Positions 1 through 12,596 of a DNA stretch of 64,000 nt are shown here, piece by piece. Origin of the DNA: Anthoceros angustus (lineage: Eukaryota > Plantae > Anthocerotophyta). The notes under the pieces were generated by a model, which was not told where the DNA came from, ran no database searches, and was given only the letters and a program-made list of their open reading frames with translations. Position 1 is the first letter of the stretch, and each line of letters opens with the position of its first letter. Location of the stretch: positions 248,001-312,000 of the forward strand of contig MU008194.1 of the NCBI GenBank assembly GCA_010909165.1, read 5' to 3'. A program made the position numbers and the translations under genes.

Positions 1-277
1 GGCCGCGCCCGCGGCGCTGCGCCGCGCTGCGGCGCCCGCGGCGCGCGCCGCGCGCCGCGCCCGCGGCCGCGCGCTGCGGCGCCGCGCTGCGCCGCGCCGC
101 GCCGCGCGCCGCGCCAGCGCCGCGCTGCGGCCGCGCGCCCCATGGGGCGCCGCGCGCCCGCCAGCGCCCGCGGCTGGCGCTGCGCCCGCGGCTGGCGCGC
201 CAGCGCCGCGCGCTGCGGCGCCGCGCTGCGCGCCGCGCGCTGCGGCGCCGCGCCAGCGCCGCGCTGCGCCAGCGCCA
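1..277. repeat. Almost pure G/C low-complexity tract (gcgccgcgctgcg-like units)
   Basis: Very few A/T across ~277 nt, with recurrent ggcgccgcgctgc/gcgcccgc units. Confidence 0.85.
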
Positions 278-399
278 AGGTCGCGGTCTTGCCTCGCTCA
301 CGGCCTCATCCGCTCGCGGCATCTTTGCGGCGCGTGCTCGCCGCGATCTGGATCATATGCTCCACGGTACAGCGCCGGCCATTGACCCGGCCTGCGGCC

Positions 400-678
400 T
401 AGAGTTCTAGCATCACAACACAACCAAAACCGGCTCGATGCGGTTGAAGGATCGTGGGGCATGATGGTGGAAAGAGGAGAGGAGAGGAGGAGGCAAGTGT
501 AGCTCTCTCACATTGAGATGAGGCTTGGAGGGTATTTATACCTCCAATAGGGCTCCTAGGAAGCTCCACAAGAAGCCCCTAGGAAGGAGCACAAGAAGCT
601 TCCTAGTAATTAGCTTAAGCTAAACTAATGATACTTAACTGACACCTAACTTAGACTAAGTGTATTAGTCTAAGTACA
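400..678 (-). mobile_element. LTR (U3-like part) of an LTR retrotransposon; left boundary uncertain
   Basis: On the minus strand it begins TGTACTTAG at 678. TATAAATA at 533-540 (minus). Perfect 11-bp inverted repeat at 649-659/665-675 and palindrome at 611-622. It directly abuts a gag ORF. Confidence 0.55.
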
Positions 679-679
679 T

Positions 680-1665
680 TGGGCTTTAATACCCTTACAC
701 TCCGGGCTGCCATCCTCCGAGGAAGAGTCCTCCGAGTCTGAATCTTGAGAGGAGTCACTCTCCTCTGAAGATTCTTCCTTCGACGACGAAGATCCCTTGT
801 TAATCTTCCCTCGCTTGGACTTCTTCTTCTTGCTCTTTTCCTTCTTGTGCTTCTTCTTGTCCAAGGAGTTGGATTCTTCGTAGTTGAGTGCCGCCTTGAT
901 GGCCTTGTCTACGTCCTTCTCCGCTTGCAGCCTCACATGTCGGCCCATCTCGGAACCTAAACCTTTAGCAAACCACCGAATGGCTTGTAAATCAGAGTGA
1001 GGGCCACTACGGTCACGCAAGTTAAGAAACCTCTCAACATAAGCCTCCAAGGTCTCCTTCCTTCTTCTCCTCAAAACTCCAACTTTGACAACACGTAGCC
1101 TTCTACATCTATCCCCCTGAACCTCTCACAAAGGCTTTCTTGATTCGTTGAAGGTTCAGCCTTTTGAGGTACTCCTCTTGTACCACTTGGCTGGCCCTCC
1201 GAAGAACTCCGTAGAAGCGTTGAATGCGCAGAAATCCCTGCATTCCTCGATTTGCAATGGTTAGTTGCTCAAAGCGTTCAACAAACTCTGGATCTTCATA
1301 CCCCTTCTTCTCTCCATACAAAGGTATGGGTCAGTAGTCATTGCAAAAGGAACCTGAAGTCATGACGTGCTATCCCAAAGAATCGCTTGTTGGTCTAGCA
1401 ACAGGGATCTCTCTAGCAACGCCCAAAAGTTGCCGAGTTCACGCAGTCGCACAAGTTCAAAGACGAGGTCGGAAGACAAGGATGGTCTCCCTAGGCAGCT
1501 GTTTGCTTCTTGGCTCCTCCCCCAGTATCGTTTCTTGTGCTCTCCTCGCCTCCTGCCCCGCAGCCCTTCGCCTCGCCTCCACAACGTTTTGTCTCTGTCG
1601 GAGTCTTCTTCTTTGAGTCTTCTCTTCACGGCTGGGTCAGAACTTTCGGACTCAATGGGTAGCAT
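680..1665 (-). pseudogene. Retrotransposon Gag, frameshifted into 3 ORF pieces
   Basis: ETLEAYVERFLNL...IRWFAKGLGSEMGRHVRL...DKAIKAALNYEE matches the retrotransposon Gag capsid pattern, followed by a K-rich and S/E/D-rich tail. No pol follows. Confidence 0.75.
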
Positions 1666-3100
1666 CCATGTATCACACTCAAGACCCCTAATACACTACT
1701 AGACAAGGTTAGTCTACTCTAAGGTCTTGACAACAATGACACTCAAGAACGCCCAAAATGTGGAGTGATTTTCTAAACCAAGTGGTCACAAAGAGGCCAC
1801 ATTTACCCTCTTTATCGCTAGACTTGAGACTCTGCAAAAGGAGTGATTTCGTGTCAAGACAACCAAAACATAGCCAATCCAACCAAACGCATACACACCA
1901 AACATCTAGACCAAAGCATTATCCTAACAACACTGCAGGCTATCTTAGCCACCTGTTGCTGCACTTGGTTGCTATCTTAGCAACCACCCTCTATTTTAGC
2001 AGAGTGTCCACCTTGGGATCAGCCCTATTAATAGAAGGGTGGATCCCCTTGGGATCCAAGTGGATAAGGTTGGACACCCTCTCTCTATCCACAAAGTTAG
2101 ATCCACCAATCATGGTTGCAACTCACACAACTACCCCCACTCTTGCAGCACTTCTTCCGCACCTCCTTGTCTTCTCCTCTCACAAAATCTCCACCTCCTC
2201 AGCTGGACTCCTCCCTCCCTTGCTTCTTGCACGACTTCACCAACTCTCAAAATACTTGTTCACCTCCCGCAATCATTCCGCCTCATCCACTCACGGGACC
2301 TTCAACCTCCACTCAGCCTCTCTCTTCTTCAGAACACAACATCACTTATGCATTTCTCTTCTTCTTTGAGTCTTCTCTTCACGAGTGGAACTTTCGGACT
2401 CAATGGGTAGCATCCATGTATCACCTCAAGACTCCCAATACACTACTAGACAAGGTTAGTCTACTCTAAGGTCTTGACAACAATGACACTCCCAGCAGGC
2501 GTGGAGTGATTTTCTAAACCAAGTGGTCACAAAGAGGCCACATTTACCCTCTTTATCGTTGTAGACTTGAGATTCGTACCCAAGGGGTGATTTCGTGTCA
2601 AGACAACAAAACATAGCCAATCCAACCAAACACGGACATACAAAACATCTGACAGGGCTACTATCCTAACAACACTCGGACACCTTGTTTGTCTTAGCCA
2701 CCTGTGCAGCCCGGTTGCTATCTTAGCAACCACCCTCTATTTTAGCAGTAGGCGGGATCGGTGGCTATTAATAGAAGGGTGGGCCCACTTGGGGTCCAAG
2801 TGGATAAGGTTGGACACCCTCTCTCTTATCCACAAAGTTAGATCCACCAATCGGGTTGCAATCACACAACTCCCCTTACTCTTGCCTTCTTGGATCTCTC
2901 TTCTTCCCTCCAACCTTTCACCTCCCAAGCTCCATCAGACCTCCCTGCTCTCCAGCTCACCAACTCTCATCTCTACCTCCATATTCTCTCCTCCCTCTTG
3001 GCCTCCTTCCTCATCCACTCACGGCCTCATTCAACCTCCACTCACTTGACTTCTCCAATCCCTCTTCTCCTCTCAAGCAAGACTCTCCATGTCCAGATTC
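1606..3100. repeat. Imperfect tandem duplication, ~750-bp unit
   Basis: tcttcttctttgagtcttctcttcacg...actttcggactcaatgggtagcatccatgtatcac occurs at ~1606 and ~2357, and the downstream sequence is collinear with small indels. Confidence 0.85.
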
Positions 3101-5246
3101 TCCACTTCTCTCACCACTTTTTTCCTCTCATTTTCCAAACACACGAGCCCACGGGCCTCCAACTCACTTCGCCTCTCTTCTTCCCTCCAACCTTTCAGCT
3201 TTCCTCCACACACACAGGCTCCCGCCTTGTCTTCTCTCACCACCTCCAACACACCAAAAACTCAAACACAAGGTGAGTACTAGACTAGTCAAGGGAATGA
3301 GGAAGAGTGGACAGCCTCCTTCCACAACCCCTTCCTCTTGACCTTGGAACTCCCTCCAAGGAGACCTCAAGGCTCCCTCCCTTGCTTTCCACCACTCTTG
3401 CGGATCGGCCACGGATCTTGGCAACAGTGGTCTTCTTCTCCCGTGATGTAGAACAATGTCAGACTTACAAAGACCGGATCCGTACCCCCAAACCCGTGCT
3501 CACCAAACACCGAGACCTTAAGCCAACATTGCTTACATTTCATCAAGAGGGCCTCTTATACCCAAGATCACAAAAGTAGCTTGGCTACTTGCCAAAAATA
3601 CCAATCGGTCTTAGCCTACCAATCCTAGAGGCCTATCTCTTAATTTTGTCCACTATGAGAGAAGATAAGATCATCTATAACACATGGGCCTCCTATTTCT
3701 GGTCACTTACCCTATTATCTCTCCTAGGCCTCCTAGCCCATGTTCTCCTCTTGCTCCTCCCTCTTGGCGGTTGGGCAACCTCCCACAAAATCTCCACCTC
3801 CTCGTAGCTGGACTCCTCCCTCTCTTGTGCTCGCAGATAGTCCTGTACTCCTCCTGAGCTCTTGAATCTGGATGGGTCGGTGAGAGTCTCCTCCATAAGA
3901 GTCCAACCCATAGGTAGGATCCAAAGGTCTGGCCAAGGCATGGATCAAGTACCTCCATGTCCCCCGCCCGCTCCCTGTTGCTTCCTTCTTCATCTTGGAG
4001 CTCCTCCATTGCTCCCTCCTTCTCCTCCTCTTGCTCCTCTTGGCCTCGAGCCTATGCTTGTTGCTTCCTTAAAGTGCTTCAGCAACAGCTTGGACCGGTT
4101 GCTTGCTTAGTAACCTTTGCTATCTCGCAATTTCTTCCATGGGAACCTCTGCATCTTCCACGGTGGCTCTCCTTGCAGTCCTGGCCCTCTTGGCCTCCTT
4201 CCAGCCCTTCCTAGCCTCGTCCCTCTCCTTCTTGTAGCGCTCAGCGAGGGCATCCGAGGCTTCAGCCTGCACTTGTGCATCCGAGATGACATTCTGCAGC
4301 TCCCCTATGGTGTTCTGTGTGTCCGTGAGCTGAGCCATGAGGGCTTCCTGGTCCTTGGACTTCCGTTGCAACTCCTCTCGGATCTTCCCTATTTCCACTT
4401 CCAAGCTACCTAGGCGTCCCTCCAAGACCTCCTTCTCCTTCTTCATCTCCTGGAGCTCCTTCACCGCCACCCCTGCTTCCCCGCCGCTCAGTCAAGAGAG
4501 GACCAGAGCTATCTCGTCCTCCATCTCACCCCGTGCGCCATAGCTGAAACCAACCTCGTAGGTGATGTTAGGTCCCCAAACCTCGGGAATGGGCTCCCTC
4601 CTTCCTATCCGTCGAATCGACCCCGCCACAACTTCCGGTATACTTGAAAGCCACCCTTGAGCAGTGGTCACTTTCTCGGATCGGCTCGGTGTGCCCAAGG
4701 GTTGGTGATTCCTCCTTGCAATCCACAGCCCTCTTGGCTGGTTGGGCAACCTCCTTCTCCTTCTTGTGGCTGGTCTTGGAGCTCCTCCATTGCTCCCTCC
4801 TTCTTGTGGCTCTAGGTGTGGCTGGAGTCCCCTGTTGCTCAGTCCGACCCCTCTTGGTGCCTGTTAGGGTCTTAGTAACCCCGGTTGCTTTGTTAGCAAC
4901 CGCGGCTGCTACCTTAGCAACAGCCACATTCCTCTTCATGGACATTTCAGACTTCTCATCTTCACTCCCAATGCCACTGGAGATGGCCTCGTCCTCTGAC
5001 TCCTCTTTGGGCTTCCTCCTCTCAAACACCGCCTGTGGAGTGAAGGTCGAGACCATCTCCATTCCCTCCAAAGAACTTGGCATGGTCAAAACGTGGATTA
5101 AGAAGGAGATAGAGCCGAGGACCGGGTGATGGTAGGGTCAAGTGGTCCCTCTCCCTACATGTCAGGTCATAGAACATCCCGGCCCAATCTATCTTGGACC
5201 CTCTCACCACCTCATAGAAAGACAAGAAAATGGTCGACAATGTGCT

Positions 5247-7400
5247 CCGGCTTCTTAGTGAGCTGAGAGCACAGGATCCACTTGGCTAATCCAGCCAGCT
5301 CGGGGTCCAGCTTGTTGGTGACCCAGCCATTCTCCACCCTAGACAATGTGGGAGCAATGACAGCTTGTGCCTCCTACAACTTTTGGGGAGATGGCTTCCT
5401 GAAAGGGTCGATGATTATTCCGCCACATTCCTCTTCAGACCTCTCATAAACAGCCTGGAACAACTGAATATTCCAGCTGCGGGGTTGGTCCTCACGTTGC
5501 CTTCCCCTGTGGCCTTCTCCCTCATGTGCCCTGCACACTCTTGAACCAACGCCGGGCTGTTGTAGCACCACTTTTTGTCCATGAAAGACAGGTGGTGCCT
5601 AGCCACCAGAGACCCCGCCTTCGCTCTCCAGTGGCCCATGTTGGGCCACCGATGCTGGTAATGGCCTCAATGGCCACCGGAGTGGTCTTCTTAGGAGCCA
5701 TGCTTCCTGGCCTGTGACTTAGGCTCAGAGTTTACAGGAGCAAGAAGTTCCGGCTAACGTGACGCACCACCACTGGCACTACTCAACCACAAGCCTCCCC
5801 AGGTTCCTACTGCTCGTATCGGTCCTTCTCGCCAACTCCCGGAATTTCCGCTAGCCCTGCACCCGCTTGATCGGAGGATCTCTATGGCATAATCACTCGG
5901 CTCCCACTGCCAACCTCACTGCAAGGTGAATGTCATGACTTAATTTACTCCAGTGGAATCTTGCAATTACCCTCATTCAAAAGGTTAACTCGTGGTCTTA
6001 TCCTCGGCTAGGCACCTCTCTGCCCTTAGGACAACTTGTATAACACGACAGACCACCTGCCCCGAATTCATTCAACCGTCCATAACCTCCCTTGCTTCTC
6101 GTGTCCGGCTCAAGACCCTGTGCACCATCCCGGAATAGAAATCCGTTCTTATCCTCGGCGCCAACATGTCGCCCGCTGCCGGCACCTGGGCCGGCTTCCA
6201 CGCACCTCTGTGTAAGGCACGGAGGTGTATCCTGCAACCGCAGTTAAGACTGGTGCGCCGTCTCGGCCCCTATCCGCAACGGTGACCGCCCTTTGGCCGA
6301 TTATTCCAGCTGTCTCTCCCATCGTGTTACTCCCCTGCTCCGGCTTCTTAGTGGTGAGAGCAGGATCCACTGGCTAATCCGGCCTCGGGGTCTAACTTGT
6401 TGGTGACCCAGCCATTCTCCACCCTAGACAATGTGGGAGCAATGGCCTTGTGCCTCCTACAACTTTTGAGGAGATGGTTTCTGAAAGGGTCAATGATTAT
6501 TCCATACATTCCTCTTGGTCTCTCATGACGGAACAACTGAATATTCCAGCTGCGGGGTTGGTCCTCACGTTGCCTTCCCCTGTGGCCTTCTCCCTCATGT
6601 GCCCTGCACACTCTCGAACCAACGCCGGGCTGTTGTAGCACCACTTTTTGTCCATGAAAGACAGGTGGTGCCTAGCCACTAGAGACCCCGCCTTCACTCT
6701 CCAGTGGCCCATGTTGGGCCACTGGACAGTGGTAATGGCCTCAATGGCCACCGGAGTGGTCTTCTTAGGAGCCATGCTTTCTGGCCTGTGACTTAGGCTC
6801 AGAGTTCTGAGAGTAGAAGTTGGCTAACGTGACGCACCATCACTGGCACTACTTAACCACAAGCCTCCTGTCCCAGTTCCTCTCTTGTTGGGTATCGGTC
6901 CTCGCCAACTCCCAATTTCCTTGGCCAGCACCACTGCTGGAGGATCTCTATGGCATAAGCACTTTCGGCTCCTGCACCTCACTGGCGGGAATGTCATGAC
7001 TTAATTTACTCCGACTGGAATCTTGCAATTACCCTCATTCAGCAAGGTTAACTCGTGGTCTTATCCCCTCGGCTAGGCACCTCTCTGTCCTTAGGACAAC
7101 TTGTATAACACGACAGACCACCCTCAGGCCCTGAATTCATTCAACCCGCAGTCATAACCTCCCGGCTCGTTTCACTGTCCGGCTTGGCGCCCACCATCAC
7201 GGAATAGAAATCCGTTCTTATCCTCGGCGCCAACATGTCTGCCTCGGCTCGGGCCAGCCTTTCCAGCTCGGTTGTGTAAGGCACGGAGGTGTATCCACCC
7301 CAGCCGCAGTTAAGCGTGACTCTGGTGCGCCGTCTCTATCCGCAACCGGTGGCCGCCCTTGATCGATTATTCCGAGCTGTCTCTCCATCGTGTTACTCCT
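5247..7400. repeat. Imperfect tandem duplication, ~1.09-kb unit
   Basis: tccggcttcttagtg...gcaggatccac at ~5247 and ~6338. Near-identical ORF translations at 5374-5571 and 6348-6644. Confidence 0.9.
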
Positions 7401-7954
7401 GTTCGGCCAGCTACTCCGGCATGCCCAATGACCCCTTGTGTGACCATGTTCCCCACTTCCTAGTTACAGAATCACTATGTTTTCGGACATTCCTCGATGC
7501 CTCCGGTCCACCACTGCAATCGTCCCGACCACACCCCACTTTTCCACCAATCTTGCGGGATACCACTTCACCGGCCCCTATCCAATTCACCGTGCTCTTC
7601 CCAACTTCTCGCGCACAGAAGACAACCGCCCGCCCGCCTCCTCCAGAGCTGCCGACATTTACTTCCCACCCGTCAGGCGAACTGCCCACTGCATTACTTG
7701 CTCCACGCCTGCATCTTGAGCGTTCTCCACAGACCTTCATGCCTGGCCCGTCACCTCCGCTCTTTCCACCGTAGCTTGGGTGCCGCCACGCCGCGATACG
7801 GCCTCGCCGGCTCACCACCGATCCTCCGGCGTGCTACTCAAACCAAATTGGCCGTTTTTCCGAAAGGCGCTTATGGTACCTTTCGCGACTACTGCAGGCC
7901 AGGACATCCGGCTTTGGTCTCACCACACGCCGACTGAGATTCGGTATGCCTCTT

Positions 7955-8836
7955 GAGCTTTGGATTTGAAGATACTCCACTTCCGTCACGGACTTAATTG
8001 CTAATAGGACCCGTTACTTCCGTTCGGGTATTTCCACGTGATTTCGCCCAAATAGGTTTTCCGAATTTATGGAAAATAACTCGACTTGGTTGCTACGAAC
8101 AGTGCTCCGAGTCGGTTCTTTGTCATAGCAACAAGTCCTGCTAGCAACCTAGCAACGCGTTAGCAAATCGAGCGACCAACCCCTCCGAGGTTCTTCAGAT
8201 CGGGACTAGACTCTCTTCCTCCTACTAGGCTCTAGTAGACTTTCCTAACCTACTTCACATTCCAACTCCACACGATTCTCACAACTTAAACACAAAACAA
8301 AAAACACTCCTTTTAGAAGTGCAGTACCCATGTGGTCCCCACCGCATCCTCATCTTCGTCTTCGTCGTGGCCACAAAGACCGCCTTGTGACCATCGCGTC
8401 GCTTTGGTCTCAATGCAGTCGCCTCAAATTCAGCGCGGCCGTCTTGATTTACTTGGATTGAAGATACTCCTTGTCACTTCACTGGACTTAATTGCTAATA
8501 GGACCCGTTACTTCCGTTCGGGTATTTCCACTGTGATTTCGCCCAAATAGGTTTTCCGAATTTATGGGAAAATAACTCGACTTGGTTGCTACCGACAACG
8601 AGCTCCGAGTCGGTTCTTTGTCATAGCAACAAGTCCTGTAGCAGCCCTAGCAACGCGTTAGCAACCGATTCGAGCACCAACCCCTCGAGGTTACCGGGAT
8701 CGGGACTAGACTCTTCCTCCTACTAGGCTCTAGTAGACTTTCCTAACCTACTTCATTCCAACTCCACGATTCTCACAACTTAAACACAAAACAAAAAACA
8801 CTCCTTTTAGAAGTGCAGTACCCATGTGGTCCCCAC
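7955..8836. repeat. Direct duplication of a ~385-bp segment (about 7955-8341 and 8452-8836)
   Basis: aagatactcc...ggacttaattgctaataggacccgttac through gcagtacccatgtggtcccca is present twice. Confidence 0.9.
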
Positions 8837-8890
8837 ACCTCGTCATGCTTCTTTGTCATTGTTCGTGCCCGCAAAGCATCCCAGCCTTCT

Positions 8891-9133
8891 CTATGAACTT
8901 AAGGAGCTCAACCCCTCTCGGACATCATGTGGCAACAATTGCTTCGCCGCGCACTTGTTGACCTTCCCACCCCGCCGTCCTCCATGCTGATTGCCAGCAC
9001 TCTCAATCCCTTCCCTCTTTTTCCTCGATGGTCTACCCGCAACTGGACTGATAGCTTGAACCCTTCGAGTGCCATGGACAGACCCAAATCCCCGGTCCGT
9101 AGCATCCTCCTCTGCCCCATCGTCCTCTTCCAC
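8891..9133 (-). pseudogene. Possible Mutator-like (MULE) transposase C-terminal remnant
   Basis: PVAGRPSRKKR...GGKVNKCAAKQLLPHDVR resembles the GRPRKKR plus zinc-knuckle tail of MULE transposases, but is degenerate. Confidence 0.3.
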
Positions 9134-10731
9134 GTCTTCGTCGTCGGGGCCTGGATATGTTCCACTAGCCTCTGGGCCATCAGCCAGAATGCCATCGCCA
9201 ACCCCTCATTGTCCTGGTCCCCACCGCATCCTCATCTTCGTCTTCGTCGGCTAGAGAGGTTAGGGTGACATCATCGCGTGACCATGGGCTAGGAAAAACC
9301 CCGCCCGAGTGTGGCGGACTGTTGCTTGGACTCGCGTCCGGTACGTCCCGCAACCCTCTTACCTGAGGCTTTCATTTATAAACTAGTTCTTTGAAAGCGT
9401 GTCTGAATTATATTTTGTGCCACCACCTTTTGTTGCGCTTTTGCTTAGTCAGAGATCGGGCATATCGGTGGCGGTTGCCAGCGATCACTGCAGATGGATT
9501 ACTGCTCCCATTAGGGCACTAGGAGTTGCCATTTGATTTCCACCCGCAGATGCCATGCTAGGGGCCTTCTACGCAGATGCCCTTTCGATGTAAGCAATGC
9601 ATCATCCGCACACCTTCTAAACATTCTTTTGGTGCAAAGCCTTGTGGAAGACACGATGTCCATCAGTATATGTACCTCAAAGTTCTTGCCTTTTCGCTGG
9701 TTGTACGCCACAATGTCAAAGTTCTTCACCGCAAAGATCAGACACTCTAATCCATTGCGGGTCCAGACGAAGAGGCTCCTTGTGCTTGAGCGGATCGGCA
9801 ATATAGCGTACACTGCTCATCCTTCATGGTATTGCGTAAAAACAAGTGCTCCCGCACATTTCTTTTGTGGTTGGCATCTTCCTCCATCGACACATACAAG
9901 AAGAGCAAGTCTTGATTGGGTCGTTGTTGCACTGTCCAACTTCTCATTGTAATGTCAAATGGCGAGATCATCTTGTACATCTGGTGGATCAAGTCAATAT
10001 CGGACCGCTTGTAAGGACTCTGGAAAGATGCCTTGGTCGGAGGAGATGCTCTTGTGGAAGGACCCGCATCAGGTGGCGCAGTCTGAGTTGTCCTTGGAGT
10101 CCGGGCTGGGTCTGGGCTCGTCGCCTCGTTCAAGGCCTGTGAGTCACAGCCCCCGTCGCCTTTTTTCTCCACGGGCGTCCTGCGATTTGTTGGAGTCATT
10201 CTTCCGCTTGAGCCCGCCGGAGCCATTACATATGCAACTATGAAAGAAGTGAGAACACGAAGTGTTTAGATTGTTAAAGCGCGCATGACACCGCAACTTC
10301 TCAAATCAGGACGATCGTGTGCGGCGGAGTTGAGAAGTTGATGCTCACAGACGACTAGACTGCTGCACCAGAAAACAACAATTGCAGCTGCGATGAGGTC
10401 GAGTGTGTTGTGATCTGCTGCCGGCCTGCCCGATGTTGGACAAAGTGCGGGTGAGTGTGAGCACGAACCGTTTTCTCCAGTCCGCGGCAATCTCTTGCAT
10501 TTCCCGCCAACACATAAGCTAGATGGAAATACATCTTCCATGGAGAATGAATCTACACCAAGTAGAGAGGGGAAGGTGGGGTCGCTGTGCCTTCATGAAG
10601 GAGGACACAGGGCAAGGCAGGCTCTGTAATCCAGCAACTCCTTAAATGCTTTGTCGCCGGCGTCTATGTTTTGCCATTGTCCCAACTAATGTGGCAAATG
10701 TTATATTGAGCATATTCTAAGGTATATGCTA

Positions 10732-10784
10732 GTTATGCCACGGCTAAAATAGTGTTCAGCCGTGGCATAACGATGGGCACCTAG
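10732..10784. other. Perfect 14-bp hairpin followed by CTAG
   Basis: gttatgccacggct (10732-10745) and agccgtggcataac (10758-10771) with a 12-nt loop; CTAG at 10781-10784. Confidence 0.7.
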
Positions 10785-12596
10785 AATGATCAAGATCCAC
10801 CGACTAGCAATTGTACACGCTTCCTACACCCCAAAGTGGACACCTCGACTTCATTGCCAGCATTTAGTGCGAAGGCTCTTTTCGCCACGAAAGCCCGCGA
10901 ATTGTATCGAGTCTTGCGCATCCACTCCTCATCCACCTTGCGCATCCCCTCCTCCTCCCCGCTGGACGTCACACGCCCCTCGGTGTGAGAGCAATGGCCA
11001 CCGAAAGCAGCGACGGCGAAGGCGTGTTCGATTTTGCACACTTCAGGCCGGCGGGTCAAATGCATGTCATTACCGAACCGGGTGGCCATGAGTCTGACGA
11101 CTCAATTGTTGATCTCGCTGGACAGATGCCTGCACAACCCAGCGTCGGAGTTTTTGAGGCTGATTCACAGGCTATGGCGGCCGCGTCGACAGGCATAGTC
11201 CTTGAAGAGACACTGGTGAAAGCAGACTTCACAACGGTGGAGAGCGATGACGGCGCGTGTTCCGTATATGGAGGGTGGAACGAGGATATGGTTGCCCGAT
11301 GGCGACCTTTTCCAGACGACCCCTGCACGAGAGGCGGAGAGGATCGCACAAGAAGAACTTGTGCAGACGTTTAACCGGATGTCCGATGCTCGACGTAGAC
11401 GCCGCGACGTAGGGGGCGGCGTGCCACGAGAGGCGCCTCGGCACCATCCATCCGGATTTCTTCAGTCACCGGTGCGCATGGGCCGCCGCCGCGCCCACCA
11501 CACCGCCCAGCCTTGCCTTGCGCCACTGGGCCGCCACGCCATGCCTGCCGAGGTCGGAGGCCGAAGGGGCTCGTACGTGACGTCCCACACCCCGAGGCAC
11601 CAACGCCTGCACCTAGGGCTCCGGCGTGCTAACCCTTGCCGGAAGCCCTCCAGCTCACACTAAGGGCGACCACCGTGGGTCCCACCTGCACACTTGCCTC
11701 CACCACTACAAGCCACAAGTACATGATCAATACAATCCTAGTGGTATCGGAGTGTTATCTTGTTTTTTTTTTCGTGAATGAGTGTACATGTTTTTATAAA
11801 TAAAATAAATTTTATATAAAAAATGATTGACCATAAAATGTAACTTAATAAATCTTCCCAGAATTTATATCCATACTTATTATAAGACATCCTAAAAAAT
11901 AAACCCATAACGAGAACATCCACTAGAGGTTTTTACAGACCATCCCATCAACCCCCAATGTAGAAAAGTAGTGCCACATACACGCGAGTGTGAACGTCCT
12001 GTGCTACGCAGAGCAACCCAGAGCCCTAAATTGTTTTTATTGTCGGGGTAGCATGTATCGTATCGTTCAAAGGAGAGGTACCGGCACGAGCGCGGGAAGC
12101 GCAGCTGCACTGCTGGGCCGAGCGGAAAATCGAATAGCGGGCTTTGATGGAAAAATTTGGGCTTCGCCAGAAGCTAGTGAATGGGCTTCTAAGTGCAGAC
12201 TATTGAGCGCGCATGAGAGGAACCTGCGAAGGCTGTGACTTCGAAGTCTGGAAAACGAAATGCGCTTGTGCGGCATGCTCGCAGAAGGAAGTGTAGGCAT
12301 GACTGTGCGACCGGTCCTCCAGCTCCTTCCATTTGCCTGGCGCGGAATGTAGCTCGGGGCTAATAGTTGCAGGCGGGGGAAGTGAATGGAATCTAACAGA
12401 GTAATCGAATCTGGAGCGCTACCAGTGGTGAGCCATTCTGCAATGTGGATTTTGCGTAGGTGGCAGAGTGCTCAATTTATGACTTTCAGAGTTCTGCTAC
12501 ACCGGTTGTTCGTCTCAGCCACGTATCCTGGTACTGAGCTTTGAATTTACGAAGTGGTGAGCTCACTGGTTGTTTCATTGTGCTTTGACAGAGCTT

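Larger units (their letters stand above)
278..8837 (-). mobile_element. Degenerate Ty3/Gypsy-like (possibly Tat/Ogre-like) LTR retroelement block with an accessory ORF upstream of gag
   Basis: Gag at 680-1665, pyrimidine-rich spacer, and broken accessory ORF pieces at 3700-5700 (MAPKKT... N-terminus, VVRGSKIDWAGMFY, coiled coil KELQEMKKEKEVLEGRLGSLEVEI). Right end reads TGTGGGGACC on the minus strand. Confidence 0.6.

Noticed and set aside
142-402. 86-aa Ala/Arg-rich ORF
   Set aside because: It arises from the stop-free GC-only tract.
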